DNA of 64,000 bases, taken from the NCBI GenBank assembly GCA_943788505.1, contig CALSQR010000002.1, forward strand, positions 253,323 to 317,322, given 5' to 3'. Origin of the DNA: an uncultured bacterium. Its GTDB lineage: Bacteria; Bacteroidota; Rhodothermia; Rhodothermales; UBA10348. Numbering within the stretch: position 1 is the stretch's first letter; each line of letters starts with the position of its first letter. Positions 9,094-19,449 of the stretch are shown here, one piece after another. A model generated the notes under the pieces. The model did not search any database. It was given only the letters and a program-made list of their open reading frames with translations, and had not been told where the DNA came from. The translations under genes were made by a program, and so were the position numbers.

Positions 9094-10389
9094 TTAGCTG
9101 GGGCTCGAAGCCACGCGAGGGGCAATTTCATCAAGGGACAAAGCCTCCTGAACACCCTCAGCCATGTCCTTCAGCTGGACCTGACCAGATACAAGTTCAT
9201 CATCACCGGCAATTGCCACGAACCGAGCGTTCTGCCTATTAGCCTCCCTCATCTGCGCCTTCATGGAGCGGCCTCGGAGGTCATATGTGACCTTGAGTCC
9301 TTTTTGACGAAGACGGGTTGCTGCTGAAAACGTCCAAGCGATAGCCGCATCTCCTAGGGCAACCAAGAAAACATCTGGCCGGTCCTGCTCACCCTCCGAA
9401 ATCTCCTCTGCCATCATGGCCATTATGATTCGCTCCATTCCAGCAGCAAATCCAACGGCTGGTATGGCCTCCTTCGACCCTACCTCTTTTGAGAGTAGGT
9501 CATATCGTCCTCCTCCTGCAATCGAGCTTTGTGCTCCCAGGAGGGGACTTTCAAATTCGTAGGTAGTGCGGCTATAGTAGTCCAGCCCTCGAACGAGAAA
9601 CGGATCATCGATCCAAGAAATCCCGGCCGAGTCTAGATACTCTTTCACCAATTCATGGTGGGCTTTACTCTCTTCATTCAAGAATTCGGTGAGACGTGGC
9701 GCATTTTCGAGCAGCGCACGCTCTTTCTCCACCTTCGTATCAAGTATCCGCAACGGGTTGGTGCGCAACCGATTGCGACTAACTTCAGTCAATTCCGCTT
9801 CGAGAGGTGTGAAGTAGTCGACTAAGGCTTGCCGAAAGGCTGGTCGGCTCTCCGCGTCTCCGAGTGAATTCAAGCGAAGGCTATACTGCTTTATGCCTAA
9901 GCGTTCCAAAATATCCCGTAGGGAAACGATGGTTTCTGCATCTGCACGAGCATCCGCAGCCCCAATAACTTCAAGGCCGAACTGATGGAACTGCCGATAG
10001 CGGCCTTTCTGAGGACGTTCGGCACGAAAACAAGGCCCAATGTAATAGAGGCGCTGGGTACCGCCTTTCTGAGCAAGGCTGTGCTGCAGGTAGGACCGCA
10101 TCACCGGCGCAGTGACCTCTGGGCGCATGACGTAATTCGTCGATCCACGCTCAAAAGCAAACATTTCCTTCGTGACAATATCCGAGGACGCTCCGACGCC
10201 TCTGGCTATCAGCTCAGTGGGCTCCAAGATGGGCGTCCTGATCTCTGCGGCGCCATACTGAGACATAACATCTCGAACGACCTCTTCCAATCGTCGCCAA
10301 ACATGAACGGGAGCGACGTAGTCTCCGCCGCTAGTATAACCGTCGGGAAGAATATCGAACGTTCCTGGAATGGATTTGAATGCAGCCAT
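9094..10389 (-). CDS. hisS: Histidine--tRNA ligase
   Basis: RPEVTAP, FRAERPQKGRYRQFHQ, LVRGLDYY, GGGRYD and GFAAGMER. Confidence 0.97.
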   Translation of the reverse strand: MAAFKSIPGTFDILPDGYTSGGDYVAPVHVWRRLEEVVRDVMSQYGAAEIRTPILEPTELIARGVGASSDIVTKEMFAFERGSTNYVMRPEVTAPVMRSYLQHSLAQKGGTQRLYYIGPCFRAERPQKGRYRQFHQFGLEVIGAADARADAETIVSLRDILERLGIKQYSLRLNSLGDAESRPAFRQALVDYFTPLEAELTEVSRNRLRTNPLRILDTKVEKERALLENAPRLTEFLNEESKAHHELVKEYLDSAGISWIDDPFLVRGLDYYSRTTYEFESPLLGAQSSIAGGGRYDLLSKEVGSKEAIPAVGFAAGMERIIMAMMAEEISEGEQDRPDVFLVALGDAAIAWTFSAATRLRQKGLKVTYDLRGRSMKAQMREANRQNARFVAIAGDDELVSGQVQLKDMAEGVQEALSLDEIAPRVASSPS

Positions 10390-10396
10390 GGATCAA

Positions 10397-10861
10397 TCAG
10401 TTGAGTCGAGCTTCGGCTTCTTTGACACGTGCAAGCAGCTCTTCTGCTGATTGTGCCTCTAGAAAAAGACGTCTGTTTTCATCCCTATTCATCATGCGGG
10501 AAATCCTGCTCAGTATGCGGACATGTTGGCTCTTAGAATCCTGCCTACCTACAAGCAGGAAAACGATGCGAACGGGCTCATTATCCAGTGCATGGAAGTC
10601 GACAGGCTCCTTTGTAATGGCCAGCGCTACCGTGACACCGGTCACGGAGGAAGTTTTTGCATGTGGAAGGGCCAACCCTTTTCCAACCGCTGTAGACATC
10701 GATTCTTCCCGCTCGAGCACTGCCCGACGGACTACTTCGAGATCCTTGATGGCCGGATCACCTGCCAGCAGATCCACTACCGAATTGATCAATTCGACCT
10801 TGTCAGACGCCTGGACGCCGACAGCCAAATGATTCAATTCAAGAAGTTGGGTAATCTCCAT
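10397..10861 (-). CDS. PTS EIIA domain protein (PtsN/fructose-type)
   Basis: RE..MSTAVGKGLALPHAKT with the phospho-acceptor His, plus PVRIVFLL and HVRILSRISR. Confidence 0.9.
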   Translation of the reverse strand: MEITQLLELNHLAVGVQASDKVELINSVVDLLAGDPAIKDLEVVRRAVLEREESMSTAVGKGLALPHAKTSSVTGVTVALAITKEPVDFHALDNEPVRIVFLLVGRQDSKSQHVRILSRISRMMNRDENRRLFLEAQSAEELLARVKEAEARLN

Positions 10862-11106
10862 GGGCTTACGCCTTGGCTTCAGAGATGCGCTAGCAGAAAC
10901 TAGCGATCATCCAGTGTTGAAATGGCCCGTTTCGTTCCGCCGCGAGCGGATCCGAACATCGAATTACTAGGCTGTAATCTACCAAGAATCAGGACGGGTA
11001 ATGTATATCTTCAGCAAACATTTACAACATCATTCTGAGGATCATCTGCTGAGGGAACAGCCTAAGAAGATGGTAGAGACCCTAAAAGGCACCTTGACAC
11101 AGACCG

Positions 11107-12264
11107 TTACATTCGTACAATGTCAAATAAACGAAGGCGTTCAATCACAGAGACCATATCATCGGGTAATTCCGCTTCATAATTCACTTGCTCGCCTGTA
11201 CTGGGGTGCCTGAACCCGAGAGAAGCTGCATGAAGCGCCTGCCTAGGTAGCATTTTGAACAGGTTAGCATAGAATGCTCGTCTCTTGCCCTCGTCCTTTC
11301 CTTTTCTAATTCTATCGCCGCCGTACACCTGATCCCCGAAAATGGCATGTCCTAAGTAGGCTGCATGAACCCTGATCTGGTGAGTTCTACCTGTCTCTAA
11401 TCGGAATTCAGCAAGGCAGGTATACCCGAAATGCTCCACCACTTTGTAGTGCGTAATCGCGTGCTTTCCTTTTCCTTCCTTCACAGTCGCCATTTTGCGT
11501 CGGTCTCTTGTGTCCCGAGCCAGGTCCGTCTGAATGGTGCCTTCTTCTTCTTCCGGTCTACCCCAAAGAATGGCGAGATATCGTCGATTCGTTTCTCGAT
11601 TGGCAAACTGACGGGAAAGGGAAACGTGCGCAACATCGTTCTTTGCAACCACTAACAAGCCGCTCGTGTCCTTGTCAAGGCGGTGAACGATCCCCGGCCT
11701 CAATGCTACGTCGCCATCAAAACGGGGCGCGAGATTTACGGTCGAAAGACCTGGATCGTCCATCGTGGGCTCGACGGTCGTGGGCTCGACGGTCGATGGA
11801 CTACTCCTAGATTCAGGATCACTGTCGTCGTCAGCATCTTGATCGCCTTCAGGATCGTCCATGTGAATCGGCCCTCCTCCCACATGATGAAGCAACGCAT
11901 GCACCAGCGTGCCCGTACGGTGGCCAAATGCTGGATGAACTACCATTCCCGCCGCTTTGTTGACGATGATGACATCATCATCCTCGTAGCGAATGTCCAA
12001 ATCAATAGCTTCAGGAAGAATGTCCATCGAGGGTGCTTTCATCACCACACAGTCTATCCTATCGCCTGCCTGTACGGGACGTGACCCCTTCTTGATGACA
12101 TCCCCATTGACCATCACCATACCTTCCTTAATGCCTTTCTGGACCTTGGCCCGTGTAGCATTCTGAATGTATCTGGTCAAGTACACATCCAGCCGCTCTG
12201 CTTCTCGATATCCTGGTGGGATGTCGAATCGGAGTTCAAAGGGCTGTTTTTCTGGTTCGGACAT
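11107..12264 (-). CDS. rluD: RluA/RluD family pseudouridine synthase with S4 domain and an acidic insertion
   Basis: RLDVYL (S4), NKAAGMVVHP, GIVHRLDKDTSG (catalytic Asp), LETGRTHQIRVH and QALHA. ATG 12264 preferred. Confidence 0.92.
   Translation of the reverse strand: MSEPEKQPFELRFDIPPGYREAERLDVYLTRYIQNATRAKVQKGIKEGMVMVNGDVIKKGSRPVQAGDRIDCVVMKAPSMDILPEAIDLDIRYEDDDVIIVNKAAGMVVHPAFGHRTGTLVHALLHHVGGGPIHMDDPEGDQDADDDSDPESRSSPSTVEPTTVEPTMDDPGLSTVNLAPRFDGDVALRPGIVHRLDKDTSGLLVVAKNDVAHVSLSRQFANRETNRRYLAILWGRPEEEEGTIQTDLARDTRDRRKMATVKEGKGKHAITHYKVVEHFGYTCLAEFRLETGRTHQIRVHAAYLGHAIFGDQVYGGDRIRKGKDEGKRRAFYANLFKMLPRQALHAASLGFRHPSTGEQVNYEAELPDDMVSVIERLRLFDIVRM
11764..11795. repeat. 15-bp in-frame tandem duplication inside the rluD insertion
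   Basis: cgtgggctcgacggt x2, encoding TVEPT TVEPT. Confidence 0.9.
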
Positions 12265-12307
12265 GATTTTCCTTGGTTGAGCGCATCCCAAGATCGGGAA
12301 ACTAGAT

Positions 12308-13534
12308 CTACCTTATAACCTGATGTGATGAAATCCGTCCTGAAATTTCGTATCGATTGCCGGGGATGGAACGAATCAATCCGTCACATTCTAGTCGGAG
12401 CACGGCCTCCCACAGGCGGTTGTTATCAGATCCAAAAACTCTTTCTAGTTGGTCTATATGACAGTCAGAATCTCCAATAGCCGCTAGAATTGCCTCCTCA
12501 AGGGGCATCAGGTCAAATAGTGATAGATCTGTGGCCTCAGTAGGATGTTGAATTGCACCATCCTTTTGCGCCTTTTCGTCTTCGAGTCCTACTCCCATGC
12601 CCGACAAGTGCTCTACAACCTGCTCCGTAGAGATCAAAATTTGCCCAAGGTTATCTCTGATTGCTTCGTTCGCACCTTTAGACGCCTCGTCTTCCAAACG
12701 ACCCGGAACGATGAATACATCTCGCCCAATATTTTGTCCTTCACGAGCGGTGATGAGCGATCCTGCTTTGGGAAAAGCCTCCACAACAATGACGACGAGA
12801 CCTAGCGCAGCAATTAATCGATTGCGTACCGGAAAATGACTACGGTGGGGAGCGGCGTGAGGAGGTAACTCAGATAGCAGGCACCCTTGGTCTACAATTT
12901 GTTTAGCCAGGCGCCGGTTCTCGGGGGGATAAATCCGGTCGATTCCTGATCCAAGAATCGCAACTGTAGTACCCCCTGCATCGAGTGCACCTTGATGGGC
13001 GGCCGCATCGATACCGATCGCCATCCCACTCACGATGCACACTCCAGCCTTAGCAAGGTCCCATGCTAGGCGATGAGCGGTACGGCGTCCATGGGGTGTT
13101 GCGCGGCGAGTACCCACAATAGCCACTTTGGGCCTCTCGAGAGCCTCTGGATGTCCTAGGCTCCAGAGAAATGCAGGCCTAGGAGAAAGAGAATCCAGTC
13201 CTTCAGGCCAACGACTCATCCGTGGATGTATGATGGTAACGTCAGCATCGTGACATCGGCGTACCGCCGGCTGCCGATCGGCATCGGCGCTACGCGCCCT
13301 GCGAACCCTGGCACTACGATCGGCTCCAATACCTTGGACGGTGGCAAGGAGATGTGGCGGAGCGTCCAATACACGGCGCGCCGAACCAAATTTTTGAATC
13401 AACCGCCCCAGAAGCAATGGACCAAAACCACCCACTGCCTGCAGACGAACAAGAGCCTCAGATTCCTTGGCAGAATTCCGTTCCTGCAACAGCTGTGCGT
13501 CCCCCTCAGTTTGAGGTGTCGTACGAATGCGCAT
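12308..13534 (-). CDS. dprA: DNA-processing protein DprA
   Basis: VAIVGTRRAT, IVSGMAIGIDAAAH, FPVRNRLIAAL, GSLITA and a C-terminal winged-helix-like tail. Start overlaps the obgE 3' end. Confidence 0.93.
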   Translation of the reverse strand: MRIRTTPQTEGDAQLLQERNSAKESEALVRLQAVGGFGPLLLGRLIQKFGSARRVLDAPPHLLATVQGIGADRSARVRRARSADADRQPAVRRCHDADVTIIHPRMSRWPEGLDSLSPRPAFLWSLGHPEALERPKVAIVGTRRATPHGRRTAHRLAWDLAKAGVCIVSGMAIGIDAAAHQGALDAGGTTVAILGSGIDRIYPPENRRLAKQIVDQGCLLSELPPHAAPHRSHFPVRNRLIAALGLVVIVVEAFPKAGSLITAREGQNIGRDVFIVPGRLEDEASKGANEAIRDNLGQILISTEQVVEHLSGMGVGLEDEKAQKDGAIQHPTEATDLSLFDLMPLEEAILAAIGDSDCHIDQLERVFGSDNNRLWEAVLRLECDGLIRSIPGNRYEISGRISSHQVIR

Positions 13535-14525
13535 TTTTGACATTTTCCCACAACTCACGCTTCAATTCCTCCAAGGCCTGCCTAGAGACAGAACTGAAGG
13601 CCATCAACTTCACATCATTCGGGATGCCTGAACGTGCATCCTGAATCCATTCTTTCTGTTCGTCTCTCGGAATCAAGTCCATCTTAGACAATCCAATCAT
13701 CCGCGGTTTAGTGAGCATATCAGCATTGAATGCCTCCAATTCTCCCAGCAACGTCGCGTATTCAGCGCTCACATTTTCAGACGTGACCGGAATAACGAAT
13801 AACAAGACGGCATTTCGCTCAATGTGCTTGAGAAACTGGATTCCTAGACCTTTTCCCTCGTGAGCACCTTCAATGATGCCTGGGATATCTGCGATCACAA
13901 ACGACTCATAGCTTTCTAGGGCGACCACGCCAAGAGAAGGCTCAAGCGTAGTGAAAGGATAGTCAGCTACCTTGGGCCTAGCAGCCGAAATACTGGCGAC
14001 TAGAGTGCTTTTTCCTGCATTTGGAAATCCAACAAGGCCGACGTCCGCCAATAATTTCAACTCCATAGTCACATTGCGCTCGATCTCTGGATCGCCGGGC
14101 TGCGCATGGCGTGGCGTCTGATGGGTAGATGTTTTGAAAAACGTATTCCCCTTTCCCCCTCGACCGCCTTGAGCCAGAGTAAGTTCATCCCCTTCCACCA
14201 ACAGTTCGCCCAGGAGCTCATCTGTGTCCGTATCCTTGACCAGCGTCCCTACGGGGACTTTGAGAATAATATCGTCTCCGTCTTTTCCAGTCTTGTTGTT
14301 CGATGAGCCATTGTGGCCACCCTCAGCAAAGTGATGCCGATTGTAGCGGTGGTCAAGTAGCGTATATAGCTGCGAGTCGGCAATTAATCGTACCGATCCT
14401 CCTGCCCCTCCATTACCGCCATCCGGCCCGCCATTGGGTTCGTACTTGGCTCGTCGGAATGAAACAGACCCGGCTCCACCTTTTCCGCTTCTCACGGTTA
14501 TCGTAACGTAATCGACAAATTTCAT
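13506..14525 (-). CDS. obgE: GTPase ObgE/CgtA
   Basis: MKFVD, GGPDGGNGG, LVGFPNAGKSTL, DYPFTTL and DIPGIIEGA. Confidence 0.97.
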   Translation of the reverse strand: MKFVDYVTITVRSGKGGAGSVSFRRAKYEPNGGPDGGNGGAGGSVRLIADSQLYTLLDHRYNRHHFAEGGHNGSSNNKTGKDGDDIILKVPVGTLVKDTDTDELLGELLVEGDELTLAQGGRGGKGNTFFKTSTHQTPRHAQPGDPEIERNVTMELKLLADVGLVGFPNAGKSTLVASISAARPKVADYPFTTLEPSLGVVALESYESFVIADIPGIIEGAHEGKGLGIQFLKHIERNAVLLFVIPVTSENVSAEYATLLGELEAFNADMLTKPRMIGLSKMDLIPRDEQKEWIQDARSGIPNDVKLMAFSSVSRQALEELKRELWENVKNAHSYDTSN

Positions 14526-14833
14526 CGCGTCGAGCCCCAATGGGCGTTGGAATCGTCTTTTACTACCAGAACATCCGCTATGTCAGATTCCTAGCAATTA
14601 CAGACTATGGGTGAGACCAGAATCTGCGTTCCGGTCTAAAATTGGCCAGAAACGCCGGATACTGCCTCGGGATACTGTCCCGCTGAACTATACCACGAGT
14701 ATACGCATCGATCCCCTTCTCCGCCTTCAAAACGCCCCTCCTGCGGCGTTATTGGCGAAGATTCCAAATCTGTCATTGATTCACGAACCAGCATGCGTGT
14801 CATGTGTTATTCTTGGCTTCAAACCCTAGACCC

Positions 14834-15274
14834 ATGACGCGAAAGCATATAACTCTTTATACAGACGGCGCCTGCAGCGGAAACCCTGGACCTGGTGGCT
14901 GGGCCGGATTACTCATGTATAACGGCCGTGAGAGGGTCGTTACTGGAGCGGAAAAGTTGACTACCAACAACCGCATGGAGCTGGCAGCCGTAGTAGAGTC
15001 CATAAGAGTCCTTAAGGAGCCGTGTGTCATCGCGGTTCATACAGACAGTGCCTACATCGCGAATGCCTTCAATGAAGGCTGGATCGAAAACTGGCTGCGT
15101 CGCGGATGGATGACAGCCGGAAAGAAGCCTGTTAAGAATCAGGATCTCTGGAAAGACTTACTCTCGCTCATGAAGCAGCACGAAGTGACCTTTGTTAAAG
15201 TAAAAGGTCATGCAGACAATGAATGGAATAACCGGGTTGACCGTCTGGCAGTCGAAGCCCTGAAAATCGGCTGA
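14834..15274 (+). CDS. rnhA: Ribonuclease HI
   Basis: YTDGACSGNPGPGG, TTNNRMEL, TDS, KNQDLW and VKGHAD..N..VD. Confidence 0.96.
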   Translation: MTRKHITLYTDGACSGNPGPGGWAGLLMYNGRERVVTGAEKLTTNNRMELAAVVESIRVLKEPCVIAVHTDSAYIANAFNEGWIENWLRRGWMTAGKKPVKNQDLWKDLLSLMKQHEVTFVKVKGHADNEWNNRVDRLAVEALKIG

Positions 15275-15297
15275 TAGAATCAGCAGTGTCCTGATTT

Positions 15298-15909
15298 TTA
15301 CTCAGCAGTACCGCTAGCGAAGCCTCTCCCAGACAGCGCCTCAGTGAAGGATGCAAGGAACACATCCAATTCGCTCGTTCTGACCTCTAGGGTCAATTGG
15401 GTCTCCTCAGAGTAAGCCGTATCAGCAATCAGCACATCAAATTGGCCGATCGTATGCATGGCGGGCGACGTGTCATCATAGGCGAAACGGATCGTAATCC
15501 GTGTTCTTGGAATGACTTCCCGAACTGTTGCGGCATCCAGAGCCAGAGAGGCTGCTTCGCCATAGGCTCGCACAAGACCACCGGTTCCGAGCTTTGTCCC
15601 ACCGTAAAACCGAACGACGATAATCATAGTGTCGGTCAATTCCCGCCCTTCAATTTGTCGAAAAATGGGAAGTCCGGCTGACCCATTGGGTTCGCCATCA
15701 TCGCTATAGCGAAACGTGTGCCCCTCCGGACCAATTCGATAGGCAGTGCAGTGATGCGTTGCATCATAATCAGCCTTGCGGGCTGCAGCAAGAGCCGCAT
15801 CCGCTTCTTGAACTGAGGAAACAGAAAAGGCCCCAGCGACGAACCGGGACCCTTTCACGCGGATCTCTGCTTGACCCGACTTATCAAGTACGTAATAAGA
15901 GTCGGACAT
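15298..15909 (-). CDS. yigZ: YigZ / IMPACT family protein
   Basis: KGSRF, ATHHCTAY, SDDGEPNGSAG and RFYGGTKLGTGGLVRAY. Confidence 0.92.
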   Translation of the reverse strand: MSDSYYVLDKSGQAEIRVKGSRFVAGAFSVSSVQEADAALAAARKADYDATHHCTAYRIGPEGHTFRYSDDGEPNGSAGLPIFRQIEGRELTDTMIIVVRFYGGTKLGTGGLVRAYGEAASLALDAATVREVIPRTRITIRFAYDDTSPAMHTIGQFDVLIADTAYSEETQLTLEVRTSELDVFLASFTEALSGRGFASGTAE

Positions 15910-15966
15910 GGATATGGGATAATCGTATCCCAATATACATCCGAGCTTACCCTCAAAGGAGGACGA

Positions 15967-16833
15967 TTATTTGCCCACAGGCCTCAGAAAGCTATCCTGT
16001 CCTTCGTTCCAAAGACGATTCTGTGCGGTTCGAGCTACACTTTCATCAGCGAACCGGCTGAAATAGACCCTGTAAACCGTTTGATCACCGATAGGTACTT
16101 CTTCGATCCAAGCCTCCTCATATTCTGCAGCTGCTTCCTGCGCACCTTCAACGAAAGAAAATGACCCAATCTGGAGTGTGTACAGGCTAGATGATGCCTC
16201 GGTCGACGCTGATAATGCCGTTTCGAGCTTTTCACTTGCCGCCAAAGAGGCGGGAGTGCTGCTCGGCTTAGTCGCGATTGATTCAGGCGCCGGAACGGTT
16301 GGATGATCGTTAATGGATGCCGTGGCATCTGATTCCGGCGTTCCCATAGAGACGGCGATTGTAGCATCACCTGTCATAATGTCTAGAACCACTTCGCTTG
16401 GACCATCAGCAAATAGACCGAGCTCTCTAGCTGCGGCCCCCGATAGTGCAATGACGGAAGTAGATGAGGCCGGCAAGCGATCATTTATCCGTACGACAAT
16501 CGATTGGTCAGTGTCCACATTGGATACTTTAACCATGGTATCGAACGGAAGAAATCTGTGTGCAGCCGTTAGTGATTTGTGATCGTAGCGTTCCCCAGAA
16601 GCCGTGCGGCGGCCATGGTCAGACGCGTTTAACCAGGTCGCGAATCCGATTTCGGAATGCAATGCCTCATTCTGAGCCAGCGCCTTTTGGCCTCCAGGTG
16701 CACGCAAGTTTACGGCTAGCATAATGGGAGCTTCCTGTGCTTGAGACGGCAAGGTGAAGAAGAGAGCTGTTGCGACCAACAAGGCGATAACGAGCCAGAT
16801 GGAAGAGTACAAGTGACGTGTTGAAACAATCAT
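15967..16833 (-). CDS. rlpA: Septal ring lytic transglycosylase RlpA with C-terminal SPOR domain
   Basis: TASGERYD, TAAHRFLPFDT and VRINDR (DPBB domain); YTLQIGSF...YRVY (SPOR). Confidence 0.88.
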   Translation of the reverse strand: MIVSTRHLYSSIWLVIALLVATALFFTLPSQAQEAPIMLAVNLRAPGGQKALAQNEALHSEIGFATWLNASDHGRRTASGERYDHKSLTAAHRFLPFDTMVKVSNVDTDQSIVVRINDRLPASSTSVIALSGAAARELGLFADGPSEVVLDIMTGDATIAVSMGTPESDATASINDHPTVPAPESIATKPSSTPASLAASEKLETALSASTEASSSLYTLQIGSFSFVEGAQEAAAEYEEAWIEEVPIGDQTVYRVYFSRFADESVARTAQNRLWNEGQDSFLRPVGK

Positions 16834-17067
16834 GGCGATTCTCGAAAGAGGGGTTAGTTGTCCTTTCCCTTTTAGAAGCCAATAAATGTGCCGCCAATGC
16901 TACTTGAGAGCCTTATCGCTCAAACGACCTCAAAACGACTGTGCAGGCCTATTGCGGAGTCGCAGGCCGGACGAGCCATCTCGTTATACCCGAATTATTT
17001 TCCTACAAAGCGGTAAAAAGGACCGCATTGACGCGAATTTTCCGATCACGTCAGGCCTTTACTCCAT

Positions 17068-17361
17068 TTATCCTACAATGCGCGTAATCAGACCTATTTC
17101 TGCAAGAACTGATTCCACCTGAAGGCAACGTTCAAATTCACCTTTGTATACCTGAGCCTTGCCGAGGTTGTGGACTTGCCACGTCAAATCCTCAGCTTTA
17201 CCGCGCCCGCAACCAGTGGCCTTAATGATTTGCCCAATGACCTCGTCAAACGTGTGAATCTCGTCATTGAACAAGAGGACACGCCACGCAGTGAGGATTT
17301 CTTCCTCTTCAGCGACAGCGACCTCAACTGTGCGTTCGTGTTCAGGTTGAGACAATCTCAT
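17068..17361 (-). CDS. clpS: ATP-dependent Clp protease adaptor ClpS
   Basis: WRVLLFNDEIHTFDEVI and VH..GKA.V motifs. ATG 17361 preferred. Confidence 0.88.
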   Translation of the reverse strand: MRLSQPEHERTVEVAVAEEEEILTAWRVLLFNDEIHTFDEVIGQIIKATGCGRGKAEDLTWQVHNLGKAQVYKGEFERCLQVESVLAEIGLITRIVG

Positions 17362-17599
17362 CGATGTCAATATGAAAATCTTCCATAACCTGGTTGGCGA
17401 GTAGCTTCGTACACGCTTCTTCCGCTTGGGCTCGAGCTGCATCAACCGACCCTGCTGCAATATCCATCTCGATGAACTTGCCGATGCGAACACTTGAGAT
17501 TGAGGTAAAACCAAGCTCGGTTAGCGCATGATGGGAAGCTTTGCCCTGTGGGTCCAGAATGGAAGGACGGAGTGTAACGGTGATTCGGGCTTTGAACAT
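17342..17599 (-). CDS. purS: Phosphoribosylformylglycinamidine synthase subunit PurS
   Basis: ILDPQGKA, VRIGKFIE and C.KLLAN.VMEDF. Confidence 0.95.
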   Translation of the reverse strand: MFKARITVTLRPSILDPQGKASHHALTELGFTSISSVRIGKFIEMDIAAGSVDAARAQAEEACTKLLANQVMEDFHIDIDEIVST

Positions 17600-17755
17600 C
17601 TCTTCGTTCGGCAGGCTGCATGAATAGGGCGGAAGACTCCAGTAAGATACGCACCTTGAAGATGAACCCGCAGGGAAAACGGGACTCAAGCAATTCTTCA
17701 TTGCTCTCTATCACTTAGGCGGCTGACGCGGAAGTCCGAACGACGATCGGAAAAC

Positions 17756-18613
17756 TCATTCCTTAGAATTAAAATCCTCAGCTGGCTCGATGTCACGTAA
17801 AGCCTTGAAAAACATCGTCAAGGAGCGACCTATCCCAAATCCGAGATATACAATAAGGAGCACAAGTAGGCCGGGCTCCCTGAAAACCACGAGAATCCCA
17901 AGCGATGCCACTCCGAGAATGGCTTTGAGGGGTTTTTTTCGGATATAGGCAGCTGACGGCTGCGGAAAAGAATCGAAAGGGATAGTCGATACCATCAAGC
18001 CGGCAAGCAGAATTACTGTCGTCGTGACGATGCGTAGATCTCCGTTTCCCAAAAACAGATCTTGAAGCAAATCCTCATTTAAGATAATGGCAACGATGAC
18101 AGCAGCAGAAACAGGAATAGGTAAGCCGGAGAAATAGTCTCCTTTCGTGCCCTCGAAGCTAATATTGAATCGTGCGAGACGAATGGCACCAGCCAGCGCA
18201 GGTAACGAGGCTATGATGACTCCTGTCGTTCCCATTTCGGACAGACCAGCCGCCCAGATCAAAAACGAAGGAGCAACACCAAATGAGACCACGTCACTCA
18301 GGCTGTCCAATTCGACACCAAAAAGCGAGGTACCATTGGTGAGTCGCGCCATCATACCATCAAGCCCATCGAAAAAACCTGCCAAAATAATCAGCCATGC
18401 TGCATTTTCGAGATTGCCGTCGTACACCTGAATCAGCGACAGAAAGCCACAGAAGAGGTTCATCAACGTAAAAAACGAGGGTACTGCGGCACGGGGTATT
18501 CTTCGAAAGGCGGGGCGACCCTTCGCCTCCCGATAGGAAATCAGTCGTTGCCGGAATCGTCGCTGTTTAAGTCCCGGGCGAATGCGCGCGCGTTTATTCC
18601 GCTTTGGGCTCAT
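17756..18613 (-). CDS. pssA: CDP-diacylglycerol--serine O-phosphatidyltransferase
   Basis: DGLDGMMAR...S.FGVELDSLSDVVSFGVAP, RLARFN and FSGLPIP. Directly downstream of psd. Confidence 0.93.
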   Translation of the reverse strand: MSPKRNKRARIRPGLKQRRFRQRLISYREAKGRPAFRRIPRAAVPSFFTLMNLFCGFLSLIQVYDGNLENAAWLIILAGFFDGLDGMMARLTNGTSLFGVELDSLSDVVSFGVAPSFLIWAAGLSEMGTTGVIIASLPALAGAIRLARFNISFEGTKGDYFSGLPIPVSAAVIVAIILNEDLLQDLFLGNGDLRIVTTTVILLAGLMVSTIPFDSFPQPSAAYIRKKPLKAILGVASLGILVVFREPGLLVLLIVYLGFGIGRSLTMFFKALRDIEPAEDFNSKE

Positions 18614-19332
18614 GCTGTTTCTCCCTGTGCGGAGTCATTCGTGGAATCTTGGCCGGAAGCCTGAGATTCGGATTCGCTTTTTTCATTGAGCCTCGCGAGG
18701 CGATCCAGACCGCCGCTCACTCGATCTCCAACAGATACCAGAATTTCTGTCCCAGGTGGCATAAGTATATCCATGCGAGATCCGAATTTAACGATTCCAA
18801 ATCGATCTCCCGTTGTGACCTCATCCCCCACCGTGACGTGGTAAACAATTCTGCGCGCCACAGCGCCGGCAATCTGCTTGAACAACACTTTCTGTCCTGA
18901 CGAATGGCGCACACCTAATTGGCTACGCTCGTTCAATTCACTGGCCTTCTCGTGCCATGCAACCAGGTAATCCCCGGGCACATAGTCGTCAAACTCAACA
19001 ACGCCCCCAATCGGAGTCCGATTGACATGCACATTGAGTGGCGACAAGAAAATGGAAATCTGCTTTGCAGGCCCCTTCAAATACAGCGGCTCGTGAACAT
19101 CTTGGATCAATACTACTTTCCCGTCTGCAGGAGAAAGAAGCGTCCATTCATCAACATCTGGAATTGTTCGTTTGGGATCACGGAAAAACCAGAGATTGAA
19201 AAAGAGTAGTACCAATCCAAATGACGTAATCACCCATCCGAGCCATCCACCGGTCAGCGATCCTAGCACTGCCAATATGACGAACATGGCGAGGGCCCCT
19301 AGAATAAGTCCAATTCCTTCTTTGGCAAACAT
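18610..19332 (-). CDS. psd: Phosphatidylserine decarboxylase proenzyme
   Basis: FFRDP.R, SPADGKV, IFLSPLNVHVNR.P, QIAGAVARRI and KFGSRMD (self-cleavage site). Confidence 0.94.
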   Translation of the reverse strand: MFAKEGIGLILGALAMFVILAVLGSLTGGWLGWVITSFGLVLLFFNLWFFRDPKRTIPDVDEWTLLSPADGKVVLIQDVHEPLYLKGPAKQISIFLSPLNVHVNRTPIGGVVEFDDYVPGDYLVAWHEKASELNERSQLGVRHSSGQKVLFKQIAGAVARRIVYHVTVGDEVTTGDRFGIVKFGSRMDILMPPGTEILVSVGDRVSGGLDRLARLNEKSESESQASGQDSTNDSAQGETA

Positions 19333-19449
19333 GCGGTTCGGATACGAATAGTTGGGATGAGATATCGTCATCCCGAAGTTGGGGTGAAACTCTCAAAATA
19401 CCAACCACGTTGGACTGCCGCCCCTACCACACCAACTTTTCGGATTATT

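Noticed and set aside
11001-11213. 70-aa plus-strand ORF between the PTS EIIA gene and rluD
   Set aside because: It is antisense to the rluD 3' end, has no motif and is probably spurious.
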